Part shown: positions 53,444-64,000 of the stretch, piece by piece
Numbering within the stretch: the first letter of the stretch is position 1
Layout: the number at the start of each line of letters is the position of its first letter
NCBI GenBank assembly: GCA_002633005.1
Contig: NMRA01000452.1
Location: 158,270-222,269 of the forward strand
Reading direction: 5' to 3'
Length of the DNA stretch: 64,000 bases
Source: Phoronis australis
Taxonomy: Eukaryota; Animalia; Phoronida
Made by a program: the position numbers and the translations under genes
Notes under the pieces: generated by a model
What the model saw: only the letters and a program-made list of their open reading frames with translations
Told to the model about the DNA's origin: nothing
Database searches by the model: none

Positions 53444-53547
53444 GGTCACAGAACGTACAGGTGGATGTCAAGGGTGAAAAGGTCAGGCCACTCATCAAGC
53501 GTTGTATCGTCATTCTGAGAGAGATCGCCGACGGGACCACCAAAGAG
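53444..53547 (+). CDS. LARP4: LARP4 exon, end of La motif and start of RRM
   Basis: GSQNVQVDVKGEKVRPLIKRCIVILREIADGTTKE, phase 1-0. Confidence 0.97.
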
Positions 53548-55185
53548 GTGAGTCAGTTTCCTAACTTTGTTCATTCCAACAGATGGTCCACGCAGGACTG
53601 GGACGAGTCATTGTGTTGTCAGCTTTGATTTAACTTGTGGGGGCGGCAGTAAGCGTGGTCAAGTCTTGTGCGAATTGTAAGGACAGGGTGTTATTGTGCT
53701 ATGTATTTGTGTGTTGTAGACTCGTATTTTCTGTGAACTATGAACATGAACTGTACTGCTGTTGCATTCGAATTTAAACTCGGCATGGAAGTGTGTCGTG
53801 TTGAACTGAAACTGGTGGAATAGCCGGTGTTGAGTCTTGAAGAAAACTCAAACTGATCATACACTAACGCACCAACAGTGATAGCTGGCTGGCTGCCAGT
53901 GTGGGCTCTTAAGCGTGCTTAGAATTGAACAACCATTTTGTATTAATTGAGTGTATTATATGTGGTCTGAAATAGAGATCTGTAGAAAAATACTGTGAAC
54001 TGCAATCGAAACCTTATACACCTATTCTAATGCCGTAAAATATGGTAACAGAGAACTAAGCATGGTATGAACACATTCACTTCCAGTAGTTGTGATGGCT
54101 CTATGCCGATGAAAGATAACTAATGTTAGTTCTAAACAAGAGGATTATGTTTGGTGATATATATGTACTCTGTTGATATATCTGTTTCTATGACAAAGTA
54201 CTTTGAAGGCTGATAGTGGTGTGTTTTGTTTGTCTATAATTGTTGCGGTGTTAAGGATTTCTGGCTGGGGGGGGGGAGTGCGTCACAGGGCTGCCACCTA
54301 TCACTCGTGCAATCAAGAGCCTTGGCTTGTTTAGGGTGGTAGCAGAACTCGACAATAGATGGATGTATCACGTTATTTTTAGTTGAATTTGAAATTAGGA
54401 GTATATTGTCAGCTCCGTGACCGTCCCATACCCCCCCCTTAGGCCCAGCATTCCACTCAGTCTCAGCTTCTACCTGAGTGAAAAGTACATGATCAGCACT
54501 CATGTGCGTATGCGTCTTGAATGGACCCTTCTGGTTTTAATGTATAGTGATTTGAGCACATGCTTGGATGTGTGCGTGTTGGCAGGTCACCCAATAAAAT
54601 CTAAGGTCCTACTGGTGACCAGACTTGCAGTTGTATCTCTTTGTTATGAATATTCATCTAATAAGCTGTGTTAAGTATCAATCTGAAGTATGATTGCAAG
54701 CGTCAAGTGACACTGGCCTCTGTTATGTTGTTTTATCTCTTGATAACGCTTCCTGTCTTATTGGTTCTAAAATCTGGAAGTTGTCTACTGTGTCATTGAC
54801 GTCACTCTTGTGCACGTTTGTGTTTGATATTGTGACAGATGTCTCAGTCATAATGAATATTATTCTAAAAACAGGTTAGTGTGACCGTGAAGCCTAAATT
54901 AAAAAGGGCTTTAATGACTGACGGTTGAACTGACAACCTGTTTAAACTGCCATGGTGAGAGACGAGATTGATTTCAAAACACATGGAGATTAAAATTGGA
55001 AAATTCAAGTGTTTATTTCAGGGTGAGAGATGGTTGAGCCATAGAAATAACCGTTTTGATGATTTACTTTCATATAAATCAGTTGGCCATTTGACAGGAA
55101 ATTGAAACTGAGCACCATTTGCAAGCACTGTGTACCATTTGCAAAGGTTTCATGTTTGTGTGGAACTCGCATGCTATATGCGAAT

Positions 55186-55646
55186 CAGGCCTTTATCCAG
55201 CATTTCAAAAATAGGGTGTCCAAAATGGGGTTCCCAATATTCGAGGGCGTCCATAATTCCAACGCGTAGCTCCCCCCCACCCCCAGCAATCCCCCCAAAC
55301 ACACAATTTTTTTACAAAAAAATGCATAGACCAAGGATTTTACATCTAAGTTTACAAAACAGCCTTCTGTAGCCAGCATTTTTAATAAAAAATTGGTGTA
55401 GACCAAGACTTACAATGCTATCAACCAAGTGTGAGCATAGCAACATTGTATATACTTTGTATATAAATTGTATATTTCTTCCTGCTTTGAAAAAAGAGCC
55501 CCAACTGAGCCTTCAGAGGCTTCCAAGTAATCATTCCAATGTGTGTGTCCAAGCTTGAAAGGTTCCTATTGACAGTGGGCTTCCAAATGATACATTGGGT
55601 GTCCTTGCCAGAGGTAGTGCCAGGACATAGGCTGCATAAAGGCCTG
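55186..55646. mobile_element. hAT-type MITE with perfect 8-bp target-site duplication
   Basis: TIR caggcctttatccagc / gctgcataaaggcctg; atgcgaat on both sides. Confidence 0.9.
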
Positions 55647-55973
55647 ATGCGAATCTGTGTGGTCTGCCGAAAAATATCAAATTCGAATAAAATAAAATAT
55701 TTCAATTTCAGCATAACTACAAGACAGAATTTGAAATTTAAATTTGGTCACTTTTGCATCTGTTAAAACTTTTTTGACTGATCTTATTCCTTTGTTAACG
55801 CATGGAACTCGCTTGGCTAAATTGTTACTTTGCTGAATATGTGCAGGTGGACATAAATTGACCTTAATTGTACTGACCCATAATTGCGTGCCAAGCAGTG
55901 TTAGGTGTTGTGTTGGAAAGATTAGATATTTACCTTACCTGCTCGTCATTACGTTATTTGTCATTACCTGCAG

Positions 55974-56138
55974 GAGATCACCGATCTGTTTGCCAGCGAC
56001 AAATCGCCCAAGTTCATGAACTGCGAGTTTGCTCACAACAACAGTTGGTACCTGACATTTGAGTCTGACGAGGAGGCTCAACAGGCATACCGTTACCTGC
56101 GAGAGGAGGTCAAGACGTTTAAGGGAATTCCTATCATG
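55974..56138 (+). CDS. LARP4: LARP4 RRM exon
   Basis: [55 protein letters not shown], phase 0-0. Confidence 0.97.
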
Positions 56139-57405
56139 GTGAGTAGCTCTCTTGGCTCAGTGGCGCCCTCTTGAGTGTCTGCAGATCAAGGAATGGGTTT
56201 GTACTTGTATCAGATGTGTGTTAGTAACTGTTATGACAGAGTAGAAATTTGGTTGGGAAATTCTTATGTCTTCAGTGTCCATGGGACTGACAGCGGCATC
56301 AGTGTTTAACAAAGAAATGTAGTGGATGGGGGGAAGATTGTATGGGTGACCCATTTTGTGCTCCCAGTGGGCCCGCATATACTGCCAACTTGAAGTTTGT
56401 GACTGATAGACTGTTTGTTATTGGAAAAAGGCATTCAAGTTTGAAATTCAAGTTTGAAGTGTTATTAAACAGTCATTTTATCTGGTAGTGATGCACAGTG
56501 TATGCCAAAAGTAATCCGCAAACATTCCATCCCCATGTCATGGTGGGCTTCGACCAGTCATGACTGATATTGCACACCATCAGTTGTGGGTCACAGAATA
56601 TACAGCAATGTGATTATCAGTGCAGATAAGCTGTTGATGATGATCACAAGCCTAGAGTACTCCTGTGATAGTTGTAAAAACAGGTTTGTGGCAATTTGAG
56701 CAAAAATAATTCCCAAGACTGCCCTGTTATCAGTTTTCATGGTCTTGTTGCATTGTTGTTAGTATTGTCAGGTGGTTGATATGGTTCAGAAGTTAAACAT
56801 GGAAGAAATTTGTTTGTACCGGAAAAAAATTATTTGGACATGCATATTCTTTATGGATGTGAGAAAATGAAATTGCTTAATGTACTGTATATTATGTCTT
56901 AAATTGGTGTGATTTTACTTAATAGTGGATTTCAACATATTCATATCAACGCATTCAAAATGGTCACTATTGCTGTATAAAAATGTTAAAGTTGTAATTA
57001 TGCATTGTCCAGTAGATGTCGGTTTATTTCTTTCAAATTCTCTTAGTGGGAGTAGTTAACAGATTAATTTGATGCCTCAATTAGAAAGTTATAATCTGTC
57101 ACGTGTAACAAGTCCGTTTGTTCCACATGCAAATGCTAGTTCCCAGGTTAATTCCGTGGAGGACAGTAACATGGACCCACCAGCCGCTGTTTTCCTGGCT
57201 TTCTAGAGCAGGGTCCAAGTGCAACCACAGGCTTTTTGAATTTTGAATCCTAACAACTTTTGCAGAACAAGAGAGCTTAGAAAATGTTTGACGATGGATT
57301 CAAATTCTTGCTTTCTAACTGATTTTGTAGAATCGTGGCTATGTCATGTGGTAGTGTTACATTTAGAAACGGCGTACGATGCTTTGACTACCTGTCTCAT
57401 TTCAG

Positions 57406-57525
57406 GCCCGTATCAAGGCCAAACCCATGGTACAGTCAAACTATACACCCAAAAATGGTGTAATGAAGACAACTCCACCCTATGACAGCGGACCCCAGCA
57501 GCACCACCAGACAATTGTGGCACCA

Positions 57526-57560
<35 letters not shown>

Positions 57561-57684
57561 GCAACAGCAGGTACAATTGCCGCCGCCACACGCGCCGCCG
57601 TTTGTGCCGAACATGCAGCGGTTCACGTATCCATCCCCACATGTCAACGTAAACAACATGCAGTTTATGCCAACTCAGCAACAG
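57406..57684 (+). CDS. LARP4: LARP4 exon, end of RRM (ARIKAK) and Q/P-rich region with Q15
   Basis: ttcag|ARIKAKPMVQSNYTPKNG...PTQQQ|gtaaag, 93 codons. CAG/CAA run at 57526-57570. Confidence 0.95.
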
Positions 57685-58067
57685 GTAAAGTGGGTAGTAG
57701 GTCTGTGAGGGGGGGAATGTAGTGTGTGCTGGTATGGGCAGTTGTTGTAGGTCTTTTGGGGGTCGAGGGGTGTAGTGTGTGCTGGTATAGGCAGTTGTTA
57801 TTGCCGTCGGTGTCTGATGGGAGTAGTACACGTGTATGTTCCTGGAAGGACTAGGCTTGAACCCTCGTGTTATAGCCATGAATAGATGTATTGCCCGGCG
57901 AGCTTGTCTTAGGAAGACAGACGAGATTTTTGTTGGAAAATCACTTGTGAGTTGATGTCATTAAAACTGAAGGAAATTGTTGTTTTTACTTGACCGACAC
58001 TGTGGTTACTTGTCTAAATCATTTTTAGATTCTGTGTATTTGAGATATAATTTTATCTTCGTTGCAG

Positions 58068-58160
58068 TCTTTCGTACCAAACTTCTACCCGCACACCAGC
58101 CCGACTATGATACCCCCCGGCTGGCATGCTAGTACATCTCCATTCTACGACCCAGGCATT
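58068..58160 (+). CDS. LARP4: LARP4 exon
   Basis: ttgcag|SFVPNFYPHTSPTMIPPGWHASTSPFYDPGI|gtaagt, phase 0-0. Confidence 0.9.
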
Positions 58161-58320
58161 GTAAGTATACGTCACACTATCTTATTGGAGACACTTCCCT
58201 TCTGTCTCCTTGTTAAAGGGAAGAAAGCGTCGTGAGTAATGCTGGATAAATGCCACAGCCTCGGGACATCAAATCTCAGAAATGGTCCTTATTAAACATC
58301 CATGGCAAAGTTCTATTTAA

Positions 58321-58819
58321 CAGGGCTTGGAACTTTCTGCAGAAACGCGAATTTCCGCTTTTTTCAAATGTTCTGTCCGTGCATTTTATTATATTTCCGC
58401 GTAAAACAAATCGGATTTGATATAAAATTTCCGCGGCAAATTCCTTTCTTACCGCGGCGTTGCAGACGATGTTCACCTCGAAAAGCGGAAGATGCTCTTT
58501 ATGTTTCGGAGGAACGTAAATTGTCAACATTGCCAGGGCATCTGGGATAGCGTGGTGGGATTTTCAATGGCGTCTCATGTTATTGTAAACCGCGGCGACA
58601 AATACTACGGCTCTGCAGCCAAAAATGTGTGGGTTTGGAGTGGAAGGACGAGCTAAAAGGGCGCAGACGCACGCTACTGATGGTGGTAAGGTTTTTTTTT
58701 TAGTCCTCCCGATTTTTGTCGGGGACAGGTTCACGTCGACCATTTCAAGGCTGGGTAGCACGCATGATTTGGGCCGTAAAAGTTTCCACGTTTTTTGTCA
58801 TTGGTCATTCCAAGCCCTG
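58321..58819. mobile_element. hAT-like MITE with 6-bp target-site duplication
   Basis: Perfect 12-bp TIR cagggcttggaa / ttccaagccctg; atttaa on both sides. Confidence 0.85.
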
Positions 58820-59091
58820 ATTTAAGTACGCATTGTTGTCTAGGCTGCGGAAAAGTTTTCAAAATATTTAAAGCTTCCATAATGTGTTGTCGATAAATGG
58901 TAATTGTGATTTCACAAAAATGTCAAATGTTGCAAGAAATAAAATGAAAAAATGATTTAGAAACTAACTGTTTGTAACATTTAATGTAAATTATCATGTC
59001 TTGTTGATTGTAATGTCGTTGCCTTATAAATGTACTCAAACTTACAAAAATTCAGTGAATGTATTCAGTGAAGTCTCTCATCTTTTCCCAG

Positions 59092-59180
59092 GCATTTTCA
59101 ATGAATGGATTCCAGCCGCAGGCGTACCACAAACTTTCAAACAGTGCTGGACGACAAGGGTTCCAAGCAATGAGACAAAG
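59092..59180 (+). CDS. LARP4: LARP4 exon
   Basis: ttttcccag|AFSMNGFQPQAYHKLSNSAGRQGFQAMRQR, phase 0-2, weak gtgctg donor. Confidence 0.85.
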
Positions 59181-59802
59181 GTGCTGTATCTTCAACTATC
59201 ATTGTCACTTGGAATGTGTCTCTTGTTTAGTGATAATATTGGTTTAAACACATTAGATTTGATTAGAACAAGCTGGTATAAACCTATCCTGTGTCAATAA
59301 AATTTCTTTTGTGGGATCACTTGGGGTTTGTCTTTGCTTGTCCCTTACTGAAACTATGGGGGATTTCCGGGACACGTTTCACGAAGCTTTTTCAGTCTTG
59401 AACTTGGACCGAAATCAGACTAACGTAAAACCAATCTGTCTTAGCCCTGTTTTAAGAATTAAGACCGAAATCTGTTGATGTGGAGTCTGAAAGTTAGCCA
59501 GCTATGGAGTAAGCTTTAGGATTCATCCAAATGACAACAGTATGCGACTTTCGTCACTGTAAACTACAGTACAATTTAAAAGTAGTCTGACAATGTGACC
59601 TGGAACTGCCCGTCCTGCCTGCTGGCCAGTCATCTCAACATGGCCGAGAATGAAGGGGAATTAATGGAAAAGTTAGGTCGCTAAGCTGTTCTGTAATTAG
59701 AATTTTGCCGCCCAAATTGTTATTACTGGTCTATTTTTGCTGTTGGACCACGTTGCCAGGTAAATATGCACTTGCTTGATTGTGTCTTGTGTTTCCTTTT
59801 AG

Positions 59803-60012
59803 GAACCCGCCTAAGTTGCACAGTCGTGCTCAGAGTAATCCCGAGAGGGTGCCCCCAGTGGTAGATCCACGAGCGCACCCGCCCCACTTCAACAGTGCTC
59901 CAGCTCCTGGGCGACCTAGCCCACGAGTTGACGGCTCCTTGGATGGTGGTCCCACCCAGGCTCTGTTCCAGTCGGACGACCCCCAGCGACAATCTGACTC
60001 CACCAGAGACAG
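59803..60012 (+). CDS. LARP4: LARP4 exon
   Basis: NPPKLHSRAQSNPERVPP...QSDSTRDR, phase 2-2, AG/GT boundaries. Confidence 0.88.
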
Positions 60013-60252
60013 GTGAGGTGGTTCAGACACATGCAATTACGGTTGTATGTATTTAGATATACCAATCTCTTCTGTATCTGTTAAGTTGGTTAAGGTTGAA
60101 TCTCTTTTACTTTTATGTGGATGTTTGTCTGTCCTGCCTATCCAAATAGATTTGCTTCATTAAATGGTTATGTGGAGGCAAATCTCTTTGCATCCCAGTC
60201 AACATATATAGAACACAACGGCATCTGGATATGTACTTCCTGCTGAACTTTA

Positions 60253-60439
60253 CTGTGTGGAGGCTGTGTCCTGTGTGGAGGCTGTGTCCTGTGTGGAGGC
60301 TGTGTCCTGTGTGGAGGCTGTGTCCTGTGTGGAGGCTGTGGCCTGTGTCCTGTGTGGAGGGCGTGTCCTGTGTGGAGTGCGTGTCCTGTGTGGAGGGCGT
60401 GTCCTGTGTGGAGGCTGTGTCCTGTGTGGAGGCTGTGTC
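60253..60439. repeat. 18-bp minisatellite, about 10 copies
   Basis: Unit ctgtgtggaggctgtgtc with variants. Confidence 0.97.
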
Positions 60440-61172
60440 TTCAGGACATTGGTGCCTTTTTGGTTTTGAATTCGTTTGTTAGGTATAAAAAACCTTACTG
60501 GCTAAAAATGTTGAGAATATTGTAAAGTTCACCTTAATTTTCTTCTACTTAAGTTGAGATGCGAGTAAAAAGTTTGTGGTGAATATTTGTCCATGCACTT
60601 TTACTGGTGTTGTCGCATTGTTGTGGCGAGGACATAATCAAGTGAGTGCTACAGAATGTGTGTGTCAGTTGTAGGCAGACACGTCTTGTTACGTGGCATG
60701 TCATGTCACCTGCCTGACAGACAAGTGATTTGGAACGGAGTTGACTAATGAACCGCTGAAACTATACAGCATAATTCCCTTGTTTTGTTCTGTGCAAATT
60801 TCTCAGTTGTTAAATAATGGAAACAGGCTTTTAAAGCGGTCATAAATATGCTTTTCGTCTTAAAAAGGAACTGTTGACATACGCCACTCATCATTATAAA
60901 TCTGTTCTCAATCTGTTCATTTCTCAGATTAGAGGCGCCATCTGGAGTCCTTAAGAACCAGCATTTCATTATTTCGTGAGATCAGACTTGATATTTATTG
61001 TATCGTTGTGCTAGTTTGTTATTTCTTGAGAGCATGTTCAGTAAACGGGCTTGAGTAAAAAACGAGCCAAGACTGGTTTTATAGCGGTACTCAAGTCCAA
61101 AATTATGTAAGTTTCTTTGACGGCAGCTTTTTTGTTGCTGTATTAGTCGTATGGTTTTGTCCCTACACTCTT

Positions 61173-61253
61173 GTTATGAAGATCCCTGTGGCAGGATGTT
61201 GTTATGAAGATCCCTGTGGCAGGATGTTATGAAGATCCCTATGGCAGGATGTT
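61173..61253. repeat. Tandem repeat of about 25-29 bp, 3 copies
   Basis: gttatgaagatccctgtggcaggatgtt repeated. Confidence 0.9.
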
Positions 61254-61976
61254 GACTTGAAGGTCACCTCCATTCCAGTGATTTTGTGTGAAATGACGTG
61301 TAGTTTATTGTCTTCTGAGATTCGCCTTTCATTCTTTGTTCTGATAGGATATGACATCACTTCCTCTCTGGTGCATTGCATCTTACCTGGGTGCATACAA
61401 AACATACTTGTCTGGAAATAAAATAAAATCTCGATGTATTACAATAAAATCTCGTTGTATTACAATAAAATCTCTTTAGTTTAGGCCAGTAAAAATTCAT
61501 TATTGTTCAAGGTTAAAGCTTGTATGAAATTGTAGAATTCTAGAATTGGGATCCACAATGAACGATTGTTCAAGGGTTGGGATCAACCGTGAACGATTGT
61601 TCACTTTGATGTTTCGCACCATGGGGTATGCATGAAAATTTTGGGTTTGTAGCTGCTTCCCAGGATTTTATGAACTGCCCGTTATAAATTCACACAAAAC
61701 CCAGTGTCATGTGTTTGATCAATACGGTTTGCAGCAAAAATTGTCCAGGTCAAAACTGTCCCAAACTGGAGAATGTTTACCATCTTGAATTGTCGCAAAT
61801 GGCATGTGGAAACTCTGGAGATGAGGCGCCACTGCTCAGAAGTGGCGAGTGGTCGTTACAGGAAATGTTGGCAGCAGTGGTTTATTTACTAATTCGGAAT
61901 AAGTGCTGTTACGCATTGTTTAAAGTCCATGGTAGTGGCTACCTTACACTAATATTTACTTGTGGGTTTTTTCCAG

Positions 61977-62034
61977 GCGACAATTGACGTATAGACAGAG
62001 GCGTAAAAAAGAAGATGAAACTGCAAAAAATACA
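61977..62034 (+). CDS. LARP4: LARP4 short basic exon
   Basis: ttccag|RQLTYRQRRKKEDETAKNT|gtaagt, phase 2-0. Confidence 0.88.
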
Positions 62035-62323
62035 GTAAGTCTTTGCTAGCAACTGCTTAGCTGATTGTTGTGTGTGACTTCTTGTAACATACTGTGTAGT
62101 AGATATTGAATTCGCTGCAATTTAATCTTCAAACAAATGTTGCCTGTCATCTTTGTTTTAAAGAAGTTATAGATATGTCAACTGGTGCACGGGAAAGATG
62201 GCAAATGACACATTTTAAGATTAAAGAATGCCGTCTTTTGCATTCGCTGAAACAATAAACTCTGGCAGATTTGACACATTTAACTGACATGGGTATTTGT
62301 ACAGGCGACTTGTCCATTTCCAG

Positions 62324-62416
62324 CGTTCTTCCCAGGTGCCGGTGAAAGACCCCAGGGCCCCCGAGGAGAGGTTCGAGCTTGAACAGAATTCCTTCCCTCC
62401 ACTTCCTGGCAGCACG
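62324..62416 (+). CDS. LARP4: LARP4 exon with the conserved FELxxxxFPPLPG motif
   Basis: RSSQVPVKDPRAPEERFELEQNSFPPLPGST|gtaagt. An alternative in-frame acceptor gives an exon start at 62336. Confidence 0.92.
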
Positions 62417-63726
62417 GTAAGTTGACATCAGTAGTCTGCCAGCTACATAACCTGGGTGCAGGGCGAGCAAGCTCACCCTTACCCAGCATGCTCTTTCAAA
62501 ATGACTACCACTCATGCTTACACTGTAATGTTAAAATATTGGACAACATGGTTTGTAATGGCACATAACACATTATTTCAGTCATATAAGATTAGATTCC
62601 TTGCCGTGTTGCCATTGTGACTACTGGTGTTGAACATGTCTGAGAAGTCGGAATGGTAGCTGGTGCATTTTTGAAAATAGCTTTCTCACATGGTGAGGCA
62701 CAAAAATCCGAATGTGTGACGTGGTAGCACACCCTCTGCCCAATGATGTGACAGAGATACAGAGGAACAGCAGGTGGCCAGGGGAAGGCACCCTCTCACA
62801 CCACTCTTTGGTATTCTTTAATTTTTAGTTGTATTTCACTCTTTCTTATTTTTCCCATTATGAGTTCACTTCTTAACACAATCTGTCGTTATGTTGATTT
62901 TTCTGTCTTTTCCATCTTAGTATTTCCCCAACCCCCTGTCAAACTAAACTGTTTCCTGTGTTTTTGTTTACCTGTTCCCTCTGGTGCATTCTCTCAGCCA
63001 GACTGTGAGGGTTCTGATGATCAATGATTATGAGAGCTGAGGGCAGCCTGGGTGTGCGCTCCTCGTGGTGTGAGTCCTTAACCACGTTGTGAAGGTGTTA
63101 ATTGTTATTAATTATCACCTCATATGTTGTGTGACTTACCTGTTTTAAACGTGGATGACTACTGCCCAGCGTAATGGGTGAAGTGAATTCTAAGTATGTT
63201 AGCATAGAGTTGAGAGCAGTGAGTCTGTAAAACTTCACCAACCCGTGACAGCTTGGTAATGTGTTAAAGCCTCCTGTTGCGCCATCTTTGGGGAACATTT
63301 GTTAATACAGTAAGTTAGCATCCCTAGTTGAACATTGTAAAAGTTTGGACTTAAATGAGTTCATTGAGTGCTTGTATGGGAAGGATCAGTCATACTAAAT
63401 TGACGTAGTTTGAAGTGTGCAATGTTGGACTTGCTAGTGTGTGGAACTTAAGGGAGATTTTTACACAAGCAATTTTTTGGACTTTCCTAGGAATATCAGA
63501 CTCCCTTATTCTACTTAAATGGAAACAATGTGATTGTTCTTTTGCCCAGCATACTTAGGTAAGGCCCGCTCACACTGTACATGTTAAGCCCCGCCCACAC
63601 AGTACTTATTTGGTATTGTCAAATAGAAGTAGTGTGTTGATTGTTTTACAATTTCATTTCTTGCCGCGCCCATTAGAATTTTGTGTGCTGTCATTGTTAG
63701 TTATTGGTCCTTTCTAACACCTACAG

Positions 63727-63962
63727 AATAGCACAACCACTGGTGACATTTTCGAGAGCAAGATGTCCGACGTGGTGCGTGGCACTGCTAAGGCGATCAC
63801 CAAACCAAGCCCAGTGGGGGACCCAGGCAGCAAGCAGGGGCCCCCGGAGGCATTGCCGCAACAGCTGGAGAACAAGTCCAAAGAGTCTACACCGTCTCCG
63901 GCCGAACCAGTCACACAGCCAAATAGTGTAGTCTGCTCCAGTCCTCCGAGGTCACCCATAAA
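63727..63962 (+). CDS. LARP4: LARP4 exon (gene continues beyond the window)
   Basis: ctacag|NSTTTGDIFESKMSDVVRGTAK...PPRSPI AA|gtgagt; MSDVV-G matches LARP4. Confidence 0.92.
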
Positions 63963-64000
63963 GTGAGTGTATTGTTGTGTCCATTATAACCCAAACAGGC

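Noticed and set aside
57436-57879. 147-aa minus-strand ORF with poly-Leu
   Set aside because: Antisense shadow of the LARP4 poly-Gln exon.
60231-60482. PVWRLC / VEAVSC repeat ORFs
   Set aside because: Translation of an intronic 18-bp minisatellite; the flanking LARP4 exons join in phase without it.
61548-61603. Twice-repeated near-palindrome tgaacgattgttca
   Set aside because: Most simply a 31-bp local tandem duplication; no evidence for a regulatory role.

Overview
Animal (invertebrate-like) nuclear genomic DNA that is intron-rich and AT-rich, with three assembly breaks (N gaps at 13624-14514 and 36118-36345, and a single n at 29084). Two spliced + strand genes were reconstructed by hand. 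The first is the last two exons of a divergent eIF1/SUI1-family gene (147-278 and 2571-2585, ending KVHGF*). The second is most of a LARP4-family gene: 14 coding exons from 25185 to 63962 with every splice phase consistent, about 607 codons, encoding PAM2, La motif, RRM, a Q15 tract and the FPPLP motif, and running off the window end. The rest is introns and intergenic DNA with non-autonomous DNA transposons (a Kolobok-like element with a THAP relic, hAT-like MITEs with 8-bp and 6-bp target duplications, TA-flanked MITEs, a foldback element), a SINE-like relic, and mini- and microsatellites. Three near-identical tandem blocks flank the gaps and are most likely two haplotypes assembled in series. 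The best leads are a Q-to-W change in the GDQR motif of the eIF1-like protein, a duplicated splice acceptor in that gene, and candidate alternative N-terminal exons of LARP4. I see no firm evidence for a wholly new biological system, and most ORFs in the supplied track are noise.
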